Below, piece by piece: positions 12,189 to 20,992 of a DNA stretch of 64,000 nucleotides. Under the pieces are notes generated by a model. It was not told the origin of the DNA, made no database searches, and saw only the letters and a program-made list of their open reading frames with translations. Source of the stretch: an uncultured Acidobacteriota bacterium (GTDB taxonomy: Bacteria > Acidobacteriota > Vicinamibacteria > Vicinamibacterales > CAVVIG01); contig CAWIMX010000001.1 in NCBI GenBank assembly GCA_963837345.1, positions 451,823 through 515,822 on the forward strand. Direction: 5' to 3'. Each line of letters begins with the position of its first letter. Positions within the stretch are counted from its first letter, which is position 1. The position numbers and the translations under genes were made by a program.

Positions 12189-14624
12189 CTACTCGACGCG
12201 CAGGGCCGTCATCGGATCGAGCCGGCCTGCGCGCCGGGCCGGGATCCAGCACGCCGCCGCTGCGGTCGAGAGGAGCAGCAGCGGCACGGCGACGAGCACC
12301 GGCGTGTCCACGACGCCCGCCACAATTGCGACGATCAGCGCCACCAGCCAGCCGAGCAGCACGCCCGAAGCCACCACCGCCATGTGCTCGCCGACCAGCG
12401 ACGCGACGACGCGGCCCGGCGACGCTCCCAGCGCGAGGCGCAACCCGACTTCCGACGTCCGGCGCACCACGACATACTCGACGATGGCATAGATACCGAT
12501 GGCGATGAGGGCGAGCAGAAGCGGCCCGAGCACGGAAAACATCTGCGCCGGAACTCGCCGGAACACGAGGTTGCTGCTGACATGCTGGTCCAGCGTGCGC
12601 ACGTTCACGAGCGCCATGCCCGGATCCACGCCGCGAAGCGTGGCGCGCACGTCGGGCGCGATCGCGGCTTCCCGTCCTCGCCGGGTTCGCACGTGCAGCT
12701 CCGCGGCGCCGAGCGGCGAGTCCGCGAACGCCAGATACACGGCGGGCGTCGGGGGCTCGCCGAAGGCGTCGTACAGGGAATTGGCGGAAACGCCCACGAT
12801 CGTCCGCTCGCGGTCGCCGACCCGGACGTGCTGGCCGAGCGCCAGACCGGGCTGGGTCTGTTCGATGAACCGGCGCACGAACTCCACGTTCACAATCGCC
12901 TCGGCGTCACCGCCGGTCCGCGTGGGATCGCCCACGTCGCGGCCGGCGACGAGGGGAATGCGCATCGCGGCGAAGTAGCCGTCGGTGACGGTATTGACCA
13001 GCGCCTCGTCGAATCCCTCGCCGACCCTCGGGTGCCCGCTCATCGCGATGCGTCGTGACGGCAGGCCGTGGATGTCGAGCGGCACGGAGGCCGCGACGGC
13101 CGCGCCCTCGACCCCCGGCATCGCGCGGACGCGCTCGAGCACGTCCCGCGCGGCCTCGCGGCGAATGCGTGCCGCGTCGGGTCCGCCGTCGCGGCCCGCC
13201 AGATCGTAGGCGACGAGCAGCACGCCGTGGGGGTCGAACCCGGGGTCGATCGTCCGCGTGTCGAGAAAGCTGCGCAGGAAGAGGCCGGCGATGACGAGCA
13301 CGACGGCCGCCAGGCCCGCTTGCGCGCCCATCAGCCCGTGCCGAAGCCGCCCCGAAGCCGGGAGCCCGCCGCCGACCGTGCCGCCGCGAAGCCACGAGGA
13401 GCGCGACCGCCTCGTCAGCTGCCAGGCGGGAGCGGCGCCGCACAGCAGTCCGCACGAGAGTCCCAGGCCGAGGGCTACCGCCAGACCGGCACCGTCGAGA
13501 TCGGTCTGAAAGCGAATCGGGAATCCCGTGAGCGGCAGCGACTGCAGGCCCTCGGACCCCCACAGGGCCAGGAGCACCCCGCCGCCGGCGCCGGCCAGCG
13601 CGAGCACGAACGCTTCCACCAGCGCGAGGCGCGCGATCTGCCAGGGCCGGGCGCCCAGCGCGAGCCGCGTCGCGGCGTCGCGCTCGCGCGCGCTCGCCCG
13701 GGCGAGCAGCAGGTTGGCCACGTTGCCGCACACGGCGGCGAGCAGCAGCAGCATGAACAACTGGAGGGCCGCGAGCACCTCCGGCAGCACACGCGGCGGC
13801 CCGCGCAGCGCGCTCATGAACGGCAGGATCTCGGCCTTCAAGGCGTCGTTGGTCGCGGGGTACACCCGCGCGAGGCGCGCCATCGTCGCATCCAGCTCGT
13901 GCTGCGCCTCGAGACGATCGACGCCCCCTCGCCGCCAGCCCATCACGGAGTAGCCGCGAACGCCGCGCAGCTCGAGCTCGCGGGATCCGTTCGCGATCTG
14001 CGGGGCGAGCGAAGCCGGCACGAAGAGATCGAGGCTCAGCCCCAGTTGCGTACCCTGGAAGCGCGGCGGCGTGACCCCGATCACGGTCAGGGGCTGGCCG
14101 TTGACCCGCACGATCTGGCCGATGGCCTCGGACGCCGAAGCCAGACGGCTTTGCCAGAATCCATAGGAAGCCACGACCACGAGCGCCCCGGGATCATCGT
14201 GAAGATCCGGGAACCGGCCGACGAGCGGCTTCAACGCCAGCGCGTCGAAGTAGTTCGGCGAGACGAGCGCGCCGAAGACGCGATCGATGCCCGTGGCGGG
14301 AGACGCGCCCACGTAGAGGGGCAGCATGCGAGAGGCGAACATATTGCGGACGGTGGTGAGCCCGTCGCGAAGATCCAGATATTCCGGCCACGAGACGCCG
14401 GGATGACCACCCTCGGCGGTGATCGGCTCGATCGCCTGGAGGGCCGCGCCGTCGATCACCCCCGGCAGCGGACGCAGGACGACGCCGCGAATCCAGTCGA
14501 AGATGACCGTGTTCACGCCGATGCCGGCCGCCAGCGACGCGACGACCACGCCGGCCAGCCACGGCATGCGCCGGATCGCGCGCAGCGCCTGCCGCACGTC
14601 GGCGGCCCACTGCCCGGGGTGCAT
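12189..14624 (-). CDS. ADOP-type duplicated FtsX/MacB-like ABC permease
   Basis: 811 aa. N-terminus ...ALRAIRRMPWLAGVVVASLAAGIGVNTVIF. Two FtsX-like 4-TM modules (..LLLARASARERDAATRLALGARPWQI.., ..VVRRTSEVGLRLALGASPGRV..). Confidence 0.9.
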   Translation of the reverse strand: MHPGQWAADVRQALRAIRRMPWLAGVVVASLAAGIGVNTVIFDWIRGVVLRPLPGVIDGAALQAIEPITAEGGHPGVSWPEYLDLRDGLTTVRNMFASRMLPLYVGASPATGIDRVFGALVSPNYFDALALKPLVGRFPDLHDDPGALVVVASYGFWQSRLASASEAIGQIVRVNGQPLTVIGVTPPRFQGTQLGLSLDLFVPASLAPQIANGSRELELRGVRGYSVMGWRRGGVDRLEAQHELDATMARLARVYPATNDALKAEILPFMSALRGPPRVLPEVLAALQLFMLLLLAAVCGNVANLLLARASARERDAATRLALGARPWQIARLALVEAFVLALAGAGGGVLLALWGSEGLQSLPLTGFPIRFQTDLDGAGLAVALGLGLSCGLLCGAAPAWQLTRRSRSSWLRGGTVGGGLPASGRLRHGLMGAQAGLAAVVLVIAGLFLRSFLDTRTIDPGFDPHGVLLVAYDLAGRDGGPDAARIRREAARDVLERVRAMPGVEGAAVAASVPLDIHGLPSRRIAMSGHPRVGEGFDEALVNTVTDGYFAAMRIPLVAGRDVGDPTRTGGDAEAIVNVEFVRRFIEQTQPGLALGQHVRVGDRERTIVGVSANSLYDAFGEPPTPAVYLAFADSPLGAAELHVRTRRGREAAIAPDVRATLRGVDPGMALVNVRTLDQHVSSNLVFRRVPAQMFSVLGPLLLALIAIGIYAIVEYVVVRRTSEVGLRLALGASPGRVVASLVGEHMAVVASGVLLGWLVALIVAIVAGVVDTPVLVAVPLLLLSTAAAACWIPARRAGRLDPMTALRVE

Positions 14625-14630
14625 CCTGCC

Positions 14631-14759
14631 TCAGCGCCCGTGCAGGTGGCGCAGGAAATCGTGCACGAAGCCGCCCGCGCTGGTGTGCGCGGCGACCATC
14701 GCTCCGGCTGCGAGCACGAGAGCGGCGGCGGCCACCACGACGACCGACTTGAGTGTCAT
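14631..14759 (-). CDS. Candidate 42-aa membrane/secreted peptide with a His-rich tail, coupled to the ADOP permease
   Basis: Manual translation: MTLKSVVVVAAAALVLAAGAMVAAHTSAGGFVHDFLRHLHGR*. The stop lies 6 nt before the permease ATG, and the permease GAGG-like SD sits across the peptide stop codon. The ORF's own SD is weak. Confidence 0.3.
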   Translation of the reverse strand: MTLKSVVVVAAAALVLAAGAMVAAHTSAGGFVHDFLRHLHGR

Positions 14760-14782
14760 GGCGCAAGCCTACACGGGGCACC

Positions 14783-14830
14783 CTGAACCCCTGCTGAACG
14801 GGCCGGCTTCGCCGTTCAGCGGGCGTTCAG
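14783..14830. promoter_or_regulatory. Four-hexamer operator-like array: CTGAAC-N5-CTGAAC-N14-GTTCAG-N5-GTTCAG
   Basis: Hexamers at 14783, 14794, 14814 and 14825, with 11-bp phasing within each half. The core GCTGAACGG/CCGTTCAGC is a perfect 9-bp inverted repeat. It lies in the divergent region between the response regulator and the peptide/ADOP unit. Confidence 0.5.
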
Positions 14831-14855
14831 CGCGGCTTGCGCTATAAGAGTATCG

Positions 14856-15527
14856 GTGCGGATTCTCGTCGCCGAGGATGAAGCCCGGTTGTCGCGGGAG
14901 CTGGCCGACGCGTGCACGCGCGCGGGGTACGCCGTGGACGCGGCGGCGGACGGCGAGCGCGCGGACTTCCTCGTGGCCACCGAGCAATACGACGCCGTCG
15001 TCCTGGACCTGGGCTTGCCGCGCATCGATGGCCTCGCGCTGCTCGGCCGCTGGCGCGCGGCGGGCAATCCGGTGCCGGTGCTCGTGCTCACGGCGCGCGG
15101 CAGCTGGCACGAGAAGGTCGTCGGCATCGACGCCGGCGCCGACGACTACATGGCGAAGCCTTTCCAGATCGAGGAAGTGCTCGCCCGACTGCGAGCCTTG
15201 ATTCGGCGTTCCACGGGCCGGACCGGGCCGGCGCTTCGCTGCGGCGGGGTCGTGCTCGATCCCCGCACGGCGCGAGTGAGCGTGAACGGGCGGACCGTCA
15301 AGCTCACGAGCCACGAATTCCGCGTGTTGTCATATCTCATGCATCATGCCGGGCGCATCGTCTCGCAGGGCGAACTGATGGAGCACATCTACGCGCAGGA
15401 CGCCGATCGGCCGTCGAACACCGTGGAAGTCTTCGTCGCCCGGCTGCGCCGCAAGCTGGGGCCGTCGTTCATCGAGACGATTCGCGGTCTCGGGTATCGT
15501 GTCGATCCGCCCGAGGGCGATGGCTGA
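14856..15527 (+). CDS. OmpR/PhoB-family response regulator
   Basis: MRILVAEDE...VVLDLGLPRIDG...ADDYMAKPF receiver domain. C-terminal winged helix (LTSHEFRVLSYLM..., IETIRGLGYR). GTG start. Confidence 0.93.
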   Translation: MRILVAEDEARLSRELADACTRAGYAVDAAADGERADFLVATEQYDAVVLDLGLPRIDGLALLGRWRAAGNPVPVLVLTARGSWHEKVVGIDAGADDYMAKPFQIEEVLARLRALIRRSTGRTGPALRCGGVVLDPRTARVSVNGRTVKLTSHEFRVLSYLMHHAGRIVSQGELMEHIYAQDADRPSNTVEVFVARLRRKLGPSFIETIRGLGYRVDPPEGDG

Positions 15528-16531
15528 TGCGGCCGCTGTCGCTCAAGACGCGGTTGATCTTCGGCGCCGTGCTCTGGACCACCGGGCTGCTGGGCGGCGC
15601 CATGCTCCTCATCACGCACTACCTCATCCTGCACCCGGCATCGGCCCGGGCCATTCACATCCCGTTCGTCAGACCCCTCGCCGGCTCGATCGTCACCCTG
15701 CTGCTGATGCTGGCCGGCCTCCACCAGGTGCGCCGCGGTCTCGCGCCGGTCAACCAGCTTCGCGCGCGGCTCTCGGCCGTGCACGAAGGCCGCGACCAGC
15801 GGATCGACGGCACCTTCCCCACCGAGGTGCAGCCGCTCGTCGACGATCTCAACGGCCTGCTGGCGCAGCGGGAGCGAACCATCGCGCGCGCCCTCACGAA
15901 GGCCGGCGATCTCGCGCATGGCCTGAAGACGCCGCTGGCCGTGCTCGCACGCGATGCCGAGCGGGCGCGCACGGCCGGCGACATCGACCTCGCGCAGTCG
16001 ATCGCCGAGCAGGTGGCCCGGATGCTTCGCCAGACGGACTATCACCTGGCGCAGGCGCGCGCGGTCGGCGCCTCGTCGGGGACGCGGAGCAGCGTGGCCG
16101 AATCGGCCGAAGGGCTCGTCCGCGCGCTCCGGCGCCTGCATGCCGACCGCGGAATCGCAATGGAAGCCGACGTCGGACGCGATCTGTACGTCCGCGTTCA
16201 GCGCGAGGACCTCGACGAGATGCTCGGCAACCTGCTCGACAACGCCTGCAAGTGGGCGCGCTCGCGCGTCGTGGTGTCGGCGGAGACTGGTGACGGGCGC
16301 ATCGCGGTGCGGGTCGACGACGACGGGCCGGGAATCGAGCGGGCGCTGCGGGACGTCGTGCTGCAGCGCGGCGTGCGGGCCGACGAGTCCGCTCCGGGAT
16401 CGGGCCTCGGCCTGGCCATTGCGCGCGATCTCGCCGAGCTCTACGGCGGGACGATCGCGCTCGACGACTCGCCCTTCGGCGGGCTGCGCGCCTCGATCGC
16501 CCTCCCCACGGCCGCCGACCCGGCGGCCTGA
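15527..16531 (+). CDS. Sensor histidine kinase (two TM segments, HisKA + HATPase_c)
   Basis: H-box DLAHGLKTPLAVL, N-box LLDNACKWA, DDGPGI, GSGLGLAIARDL. The ATG overlaps the regulator stop by 1 nt (TGATG). Confidence 0.9.
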   Translation: MRPLSLKTRLIFGAVLWTTGLLGGAMLLITHYLILHPASARAIHIPFVRPLAGSIVTLLLMLAGLHQVRRGLAPVNQLRARLSAVHEGRDQRIDGTFPTEVQPLVDDLNGLLAQRERTIARALTKAGDLAHGLKTPLAVLARDAERARTAGDIDLAQSIAEQVARMLRQTDYHLAQARAVGASSGTRSSVAESAEGLVRALRRLHADRGIAMEADVGRDLYVRVQREDLDEMLGNLLDNACKWARSRVVVSAETGDGRIAVRVDDDGPGIERALRDVVLQRGVRADESAPGSGLGLAIARDLAELYGGTIALDDSPFGGLRASIALPTAADPAA

Positions 16532-16571
16532 AGCGCGTCGTCAGCGCGCCTGAGCGTGTCGAGCAGGAGGC

Positions 16572-17876
16572 TCACGTGTCGTGGCGAGAGGCGGTTGCGA
16601 ACAGAGCCGTCACCACGACGGCGTCAAGTCGTGGCGCGGCCTGATTCAGCCGCGCCGCCTGCCGGCGCGCCTCGTCGCGATCGGTGTACGCGCCGGCGAG
16701 CACCCGCCGCCAACGCCCGCGCGATCCGAGATCGACCTCGGCGTAATACACGGCAAACCCTGATGCCTCGAGCCAGTCGGTCAAGGCGCGAATCGAGCGC
16801 GCCGACGCCGGATCCGCCGCCGGATACGAGCCGGTGAGGATCGTGACGGCCGCTTCGGCGGGCAGCCGGCGGTCCGCCGCGTCAGAACGCGGTCTGCCGG
16901 CGTCCAACGCCGGCGCACCGGCCGGAGCGGTCAGCTCATCGCGCCGGGCCCACGATTGGCCGGCAGCCGCGGTCAACCCCAGGGCCAGGACGAGGGCAGC
17001 GGCCACGGCGGCTCCCGGCAGCCACCGCCGGCGTTCCGGGGGAAGGTTCAGGCTGCGCGCGGCATGCGCCACATGTTCAGCCATGATGCGATCGGTCTGT
17101 GCCGAGCAGCCAGCAGCGAGCGCCCGATCGCAGATCATGTTGATGACGCGCGGGATGCCTCCCGACAGGCGGTGAATCCGGTCCAGCGCGCCCTTCGAAA
17201 ACGTCACGTTCGCCTGGCCGGCGCCGGCGATCGCCATGCGATGCGGCACGTAGCTGGCGACGGCCTTCGCGTCGAGCGGCGCCAGTTGGTAGCGCACCGA
17301 TACGCGCTGATGGAGCTGACGCATGTCCGGTGCGGCGAGCACGTCCGAAAGGTTCAGCTGGCCCACCAGGATGATCTGAAGCAGCTTCTCCTTGTCGGTT
17401 TCGAGGTTCGAGAGGATCCGCACCTGCTCCAGCACGCGGGGGGACAGATTCTGCGCCTCGTCGATGATCACGACCGCGCTCGCACCCTGTTCCGCCAGAC
17501 CCAGCAGAAAGTCGTAGAGGAAATCGATCAGCTCGTCCTTGCCTGCGTCCGCCAGCCGCCCGCGTCGCCGCACGTCGTCGCGCGAGACCACGCCGAAGTC
17601 CTGCAGAATCCGCCGCAGCAGATCCTCCTCGGAGAGGAATGGATTGAGCACCAGGGCCGTGTACGTCGACCGGTCGATCTGCTCGAGCAGCGCACGGCAG
17701 AGCGTGGTCTTGCCGGTCCCGATGTCGCCCGTCACGACGACGAACCCCTCGCGGCGGCGCACGGCATACCGCAGCAGCTCGAACGCGCCGGCGTGCGACC
17801 CGCTGCGATAGAGATAGCGCGGGTCGGGCGTGAGGCTGAACGGCTTCTCGGCGAGTCCGTAGTAGCGCTCGTACAT
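16572..17876 (-). CDS. ExeA/GspA/MshM-like AAA ATPase with a C-terminal SPOR-like domain
   Basis: MYERYYGLAEKPFSLTPDPRYLY..., Walker A GDIGTGKTT, IIDEAQNL. C-terminus ...ASGFAVYYAEVDLGSRGRWRRVLAGAYTDRDEARRQAARL (SPOR-like). Confidence 0.8.
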   Translation of the reverse strand: MYERYYGLAEKPFSLTPDPRYLYRSGSHAGAFELLRYAVRRREGFVVVTGDIGTGKTTLCRALLEQIDRSTYTALVLNPFLSEEDLLRRILQDFGVVSRDDVRRRGRLADAGKDELIDFLYDFLLGLAEQGASAVVIIDEAQNLSPRVLEQVRILSNLETDKEKLLQIILVGQLNLSDVLAAPDMRQLHQRVSVRYQLAPLDAKAVASYVPHRMAIAGAGQANVTFSKGALDRIHRLSGGIPRVINMICDRALAAGCSAQTDRIMAEHVAHAARSLNLPPERRRWLPGAAVAAALVLALGLTAAAGQSWARRDELTAPAGAPALDAGRPRSDAADRRLPAEAAVTILTGSYPAADPASARSIRALTDWLEASGFAVYYAEVDLGSRGRWRRVLAGAYTDRDEARRQAARLNQAAPRLDAVVVTALFATASRHDT

Positions 17877-18078
17877 CGTCGTGCTCGCGGCCTATTCTGC
17901 GGCGCGGTTGACGACGGTCGGCGTCAACCGCACCAGAGGAGGACGACGCGGCGCATCGTCGTGACCGTGCGGCGCCCGAACCACCCGTCGGCGCCGCGGA
18001 GGTGACCCGAGCGACACCCCTTCCACGGCACATGTTTCGGTTTGGATACGGTCGGGCTATAGGGGGACGCGGGAGGTA

Positions 18079-19392
18079 CTAGTCGTAGTACTCCCGGCCG
18101 AGGTGGGTGATGAGCTCTTCGCCCTTCAGGTACCGCAGCGTGTTCTTCAGCTTCATCAGCTGGATGAACAGATCGTGCTCGGGATAGAGGCCTGGCGCAT
18201 GGACCGGGCTCTTGAAGTAGAACGACAGCCACTCCTGGATCCCGGCCATCCCGGCGCGCTTCGCGAGATCGAGGAAGAGCGCCACGTCGAGCACGATCGG
18301 CGCGGCCAGAATGCTGTCGCGGCACAGGAAATTGATCTTGAGCTGCATCGGGTAGCCGAGCCACCCGACCAGATCGATGTTGTCCCAGCCTTCCTTGTTG
18401 TCCCCCCGCGGCGGGTAGTAGTTGATCCGGACCACATGACAGAGGTGATCGTAGAGATCGGGATAGAGGTGGGGCTGGAGAATGTAGTCGAGAACCGATT
18501 TCTTGCTTTCTTCCTTCGTCTTGAACGACTCGGGATCGTCCAGCACCTCGCCGTCGCGGTTCCCCAGGATGTTCGTCGAGTACCAGCCGTCGACACCAAG
18601 CAGTCGGGCCTTCAGCCCCGGAGCGATGATCGTCTTGATCAGGGTCTGCCCCGTCTTCAGATCCTTGCCGGCGAGCGGCGTCTTCGTCTTTGCGGCCAGA
18701 TCGACGAGCGCCGGAATATCGGCCGTGAGATTCGGGGCCGCGTTGGCGTAGGGGATGCCTTCACGGATGGCCGCGTACGCGTACACCATGCTCGAGGGAA
18801 TGGCCGGGTCGTTCTCCTCGAGCGCGCGCACGAAGCTTTCCATCGTGCCGTGCGCGGGGGATTCGGTCATGAAGACTTCGGTGCTGCCGCACCAGACCAT
18901 CACGAGGCGATCGAGGCTGTTGTCGGCCTTGAACTTGCGGATGTCGGCGATGACCTGTTCGGCCAGATCCATCTTGTTGCGGCCCTTCTTCACGTTCGGG
19001 CCGTCGAGCCGCTTCACGTAGCGCTGGTCGAAGACCGCCGGCCACGGGCGGATCCGTTCCAGCTCGGGTCGCACTTTCTCGAGGAGCGCGCCTTCGATGA
19101 CGCCCGCCGTGCGGGCGGCGGCATAGCAGTCGTCTTCGAAAATATCCCAGCCGCCGAACACCAGCTCGTCCAGGCCCGCCAGGGGTACGACGTCGCTGAT
19201 TCGCGGCGAGCGACCCTCGGTGCGCTTGCCGAGCCGGACGGTTCCCATCTGCGTGAGCGATCCGATTGGTTTGGCGAGACCCTTGCGAATGGCGAGGACG
19301 CCCGCGATGAAGGTGGTGCTGACGGCGCCGAGACCGACCAGCAGCACGCCCAGCCGCCCGCGGGCCGGGGCGATTTCAACGGGTGTAGACAC
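18079..19392 (-). CDS. ino1: myo-Inositol-1-phosphate synthase
   Basis: 437 aa. The overall sequence is recognisable as the inositol-3-phosphate synthase family (GVLLVGLGAVSTTFIAG..., NILGNRDG..., SKKSVLDYIL). Confidence 0.9.
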   Translation of the reverse strand: MSTPVEIAPARGRLGVLLVGLGAVSTTFIAGVLAIRKGLAKPIGSLTQMGTVRLGKRTEGRSPRISDVVPLAGLDELVFGGWDIFEDDCYAAARTAGVIEGALLEKVRPELERIRPWPAVFDQRYVKRLDGPNVKKGRNKMDLAEQVIADIRKFKADNSLDRLVMVWCGSTEVFMTESPAHGTMESFVRALEENDPAIPSSMVYAYAAIREGIPYANAAPNLTADIPALVDLAAKTKTPLAGKDLKTGQTLIKTIIAPGLKARLLGVDGWYSTNILGNRDGEVLDDPESFKTKEESKKSVLDYILQPHLYPDLYDHLCHVVRINYYPPRGDNKEGWDNIDLVGWLGYPMQLKINFLCRDSILAAPIVLDVALFLDLAKRAGMAGIQEWLSFYFKSPVHAPGLYPEHDLFIQLMKLKNTLRYLKGEELITHLGREYYD

Positions 19393-19417
19393 GAGGGGAA
19401 ACTATATCATCAATGCC

Positions 19418-19972
19418 ATGAACCTCTTTGGACGGCGCGAGGATCCGCACATGCTCTCGGTGCGGATGACCGGCGTGAAGATGGGCGACCGCGTCGCCTT
19501 CATCGGCTGCGCGCACGGCCCACGGCTTGGCGCGATCGCCAAGCAGGTCGGTCTGTCGGGACGCGCGGTCGCGATCGTGCCAGACGCGAGCCAGGCCGAG
19601 CGCGCGCGCAAAGGCGCGGCCGGCGCCGGCGTCCTGCTCGAAATCGAACTGGCGCCGCCGGCGAGGCTGCGCGCCGACGACGCGGCCTTCGACCTCGTCG
19701 TGATCGACGACACCGGCGGCCTGCTCGCCACCATGCGTCCCGAAGATCGGACCGGCGCCTTCAAAGACATGCGGCGGGTCGTCCGCCCTGGCGGACGCGT
19801 CGTGGTGATCGCCACGGTGCCGCGCGGCGGCATCGGCGCGGTCCTGTCGCGCGCGCAGAGCGGGCCGCCGTTCGACCCGTCGCCGTGGCTGACGGCCGAG
19901 GGCTTCAGGGCCGTGCGCACGCTGGCGGAGCGCGACGGGCTGAAATTCATCGAAGCCACGCGGCCGCGCTAG
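19418..19972 (+). CDS. Small class I SAM-dependent methyltransferase-like protein
   Basis: VAFIGCAHGPRLG (motif I-like), FDLVVIDD, RVVRPGGRVVVI. Start chosen at the ATG at 19418. Confidence 0.6.
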   Translation: MNLFGRREDPHMLSVRMTGVKMGDRVAFIGCAHGPRLGAIAKQVGLSGRAVAIVPDASQAERARKGAAGAGVLLEIELAPPARLRADDAAFDLVVIDDTGGLLATMRPEDRTGAFKDMRRVVRPGGRVVVIATVPRGGIGAVLSRAQSGPPFDPSPWLTAEGFRAVRTLAERDGLKFIEATRPR

Positions 19973-19975
19973 CGC

Positions 19976-20743
19976 TCACCGCAGGCAGGTCAGGTGACGG
20001 CCGCCGTCGATCGGAATGGTTTCGCCGGTCATGTTCGCGGCGCGATCCGAGGCGAGGAACAGCACGAGGGCCGCCACTTCGTCTGCCGTGCCGGCGCGGC
20101 CGAGCGGATGCGTCTGCGTGGACCGCTCCAGGAATGCGGCATACGCCGCCTCGTCCATGCCCCCTCGTTTGTGCAGGTTGGTCACGGTCACGCCGGGGTT
20201 GACTGCATTCACCCGCACGCCGTGGGGCGCCATTTCGAGCGCGGCGCAGCGTGTCAGCTGATCGACGCCGGCCTTGCTGACGCAGTAGGCGAGCACCCCG
20301 GGGAACGAGCGGAGCCCGTTCACGCTCGACACGTTCACGACCGACCCCCGGCGCGCCCGGAGGTGCGGCATCGCAGCGCGCATCAACTGGAACGGCGCGC
20401 GCAGGTTGATCGCCATCATCTCGGCCCACGCCGCATCCGTCGTCGTCTCGATCGTGCCGGTGGCGATGATGCCCGCGGCATTGACGAGCACGTCGACTCC
20501 GCCGAAGGCGTCGAGCGAGGCGCGGACGATTGCGGCGGCGGCGCCCTCAGCCGTGACGTCGGCCCGGCAGCTGCGCGCCCGCCCGCCCCCGGCGGCCACC
20601 CCGCGCTCGACGGCGTCGAGCGCCTCCTGCTCGCGGCCCACGAGCACGACCGACGCGTCCGCGCGGGCGAAGGCCTCGGCCGTCGCCCGCCCAATCCCGC
20701 TGGTCGCGCCCGTGACAATGACGGCCCGTCCTGAAAACGACAT
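19976..20743 (-). CDS. SDR-family oxidoreductase (FabG-like)
   Basis: VTGATSGIGRA, NAAG, catalytic Y-x3-K (YCVSKAG), NAVNPG. Confidence 0.9.
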   Translation of the reverse strand: MSFSGRAVIVTGATSGIGRATAEAFARADASVVLVGREQEALDAVERGVAAGGGRARSCRADVTAEGAAAAIVRASLDAFGGVDVLVNAAGIIATGTIETTTDAAWAEMMAINLRAPFQLMRAAMPHLRARRGSVVNVSSVNGLRSFPGVLAYCVSKAGVDQLTRCAALEMAPHGVRVNAVNPGVTVTNLHKRGGMDEAAYAAFLERSTQTHPLGRAGTADEVAALVLFLASDRAANMTGETIPIDGGRHLTCLR

Positions 20744-20992
20744 GGGGTTGAGTCTAATCCGGGTGCCCGCCGCCCAGCTCGGCCGTGCAGGGCGAAAGCG
20801 TAACGGCCGATGGATAAATGTACCGGCGCGAGCACATCCTGCCCGGCGATTGTCCGTTTCCGGTAGCATCGGAACGGGCTGAATGGGCCGAAAAGAGGGA
20901 GGATCTCGCCCGATTTGAGCTCATCCGCAGCGGCAAGCCTTTTGCGAGCTGGTACCATGGACGTGGGTGCCGATGCTGAGGTCGAGGACGAC

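Noticed and set aside
17907-17930. Inverted repeat GGTTGACG-N8-CGTCAACC between ino1 and the ExeA-like gene, and CCGTTTCCG/CGGAACGG at about 20845..20870 in the SDR/VWA divergent region.
   Set aside because: These are short GC-rich stems of a kind expected by chance at this base composition. Neither has a U-tract or phased partner sites, so they are not listed as features.
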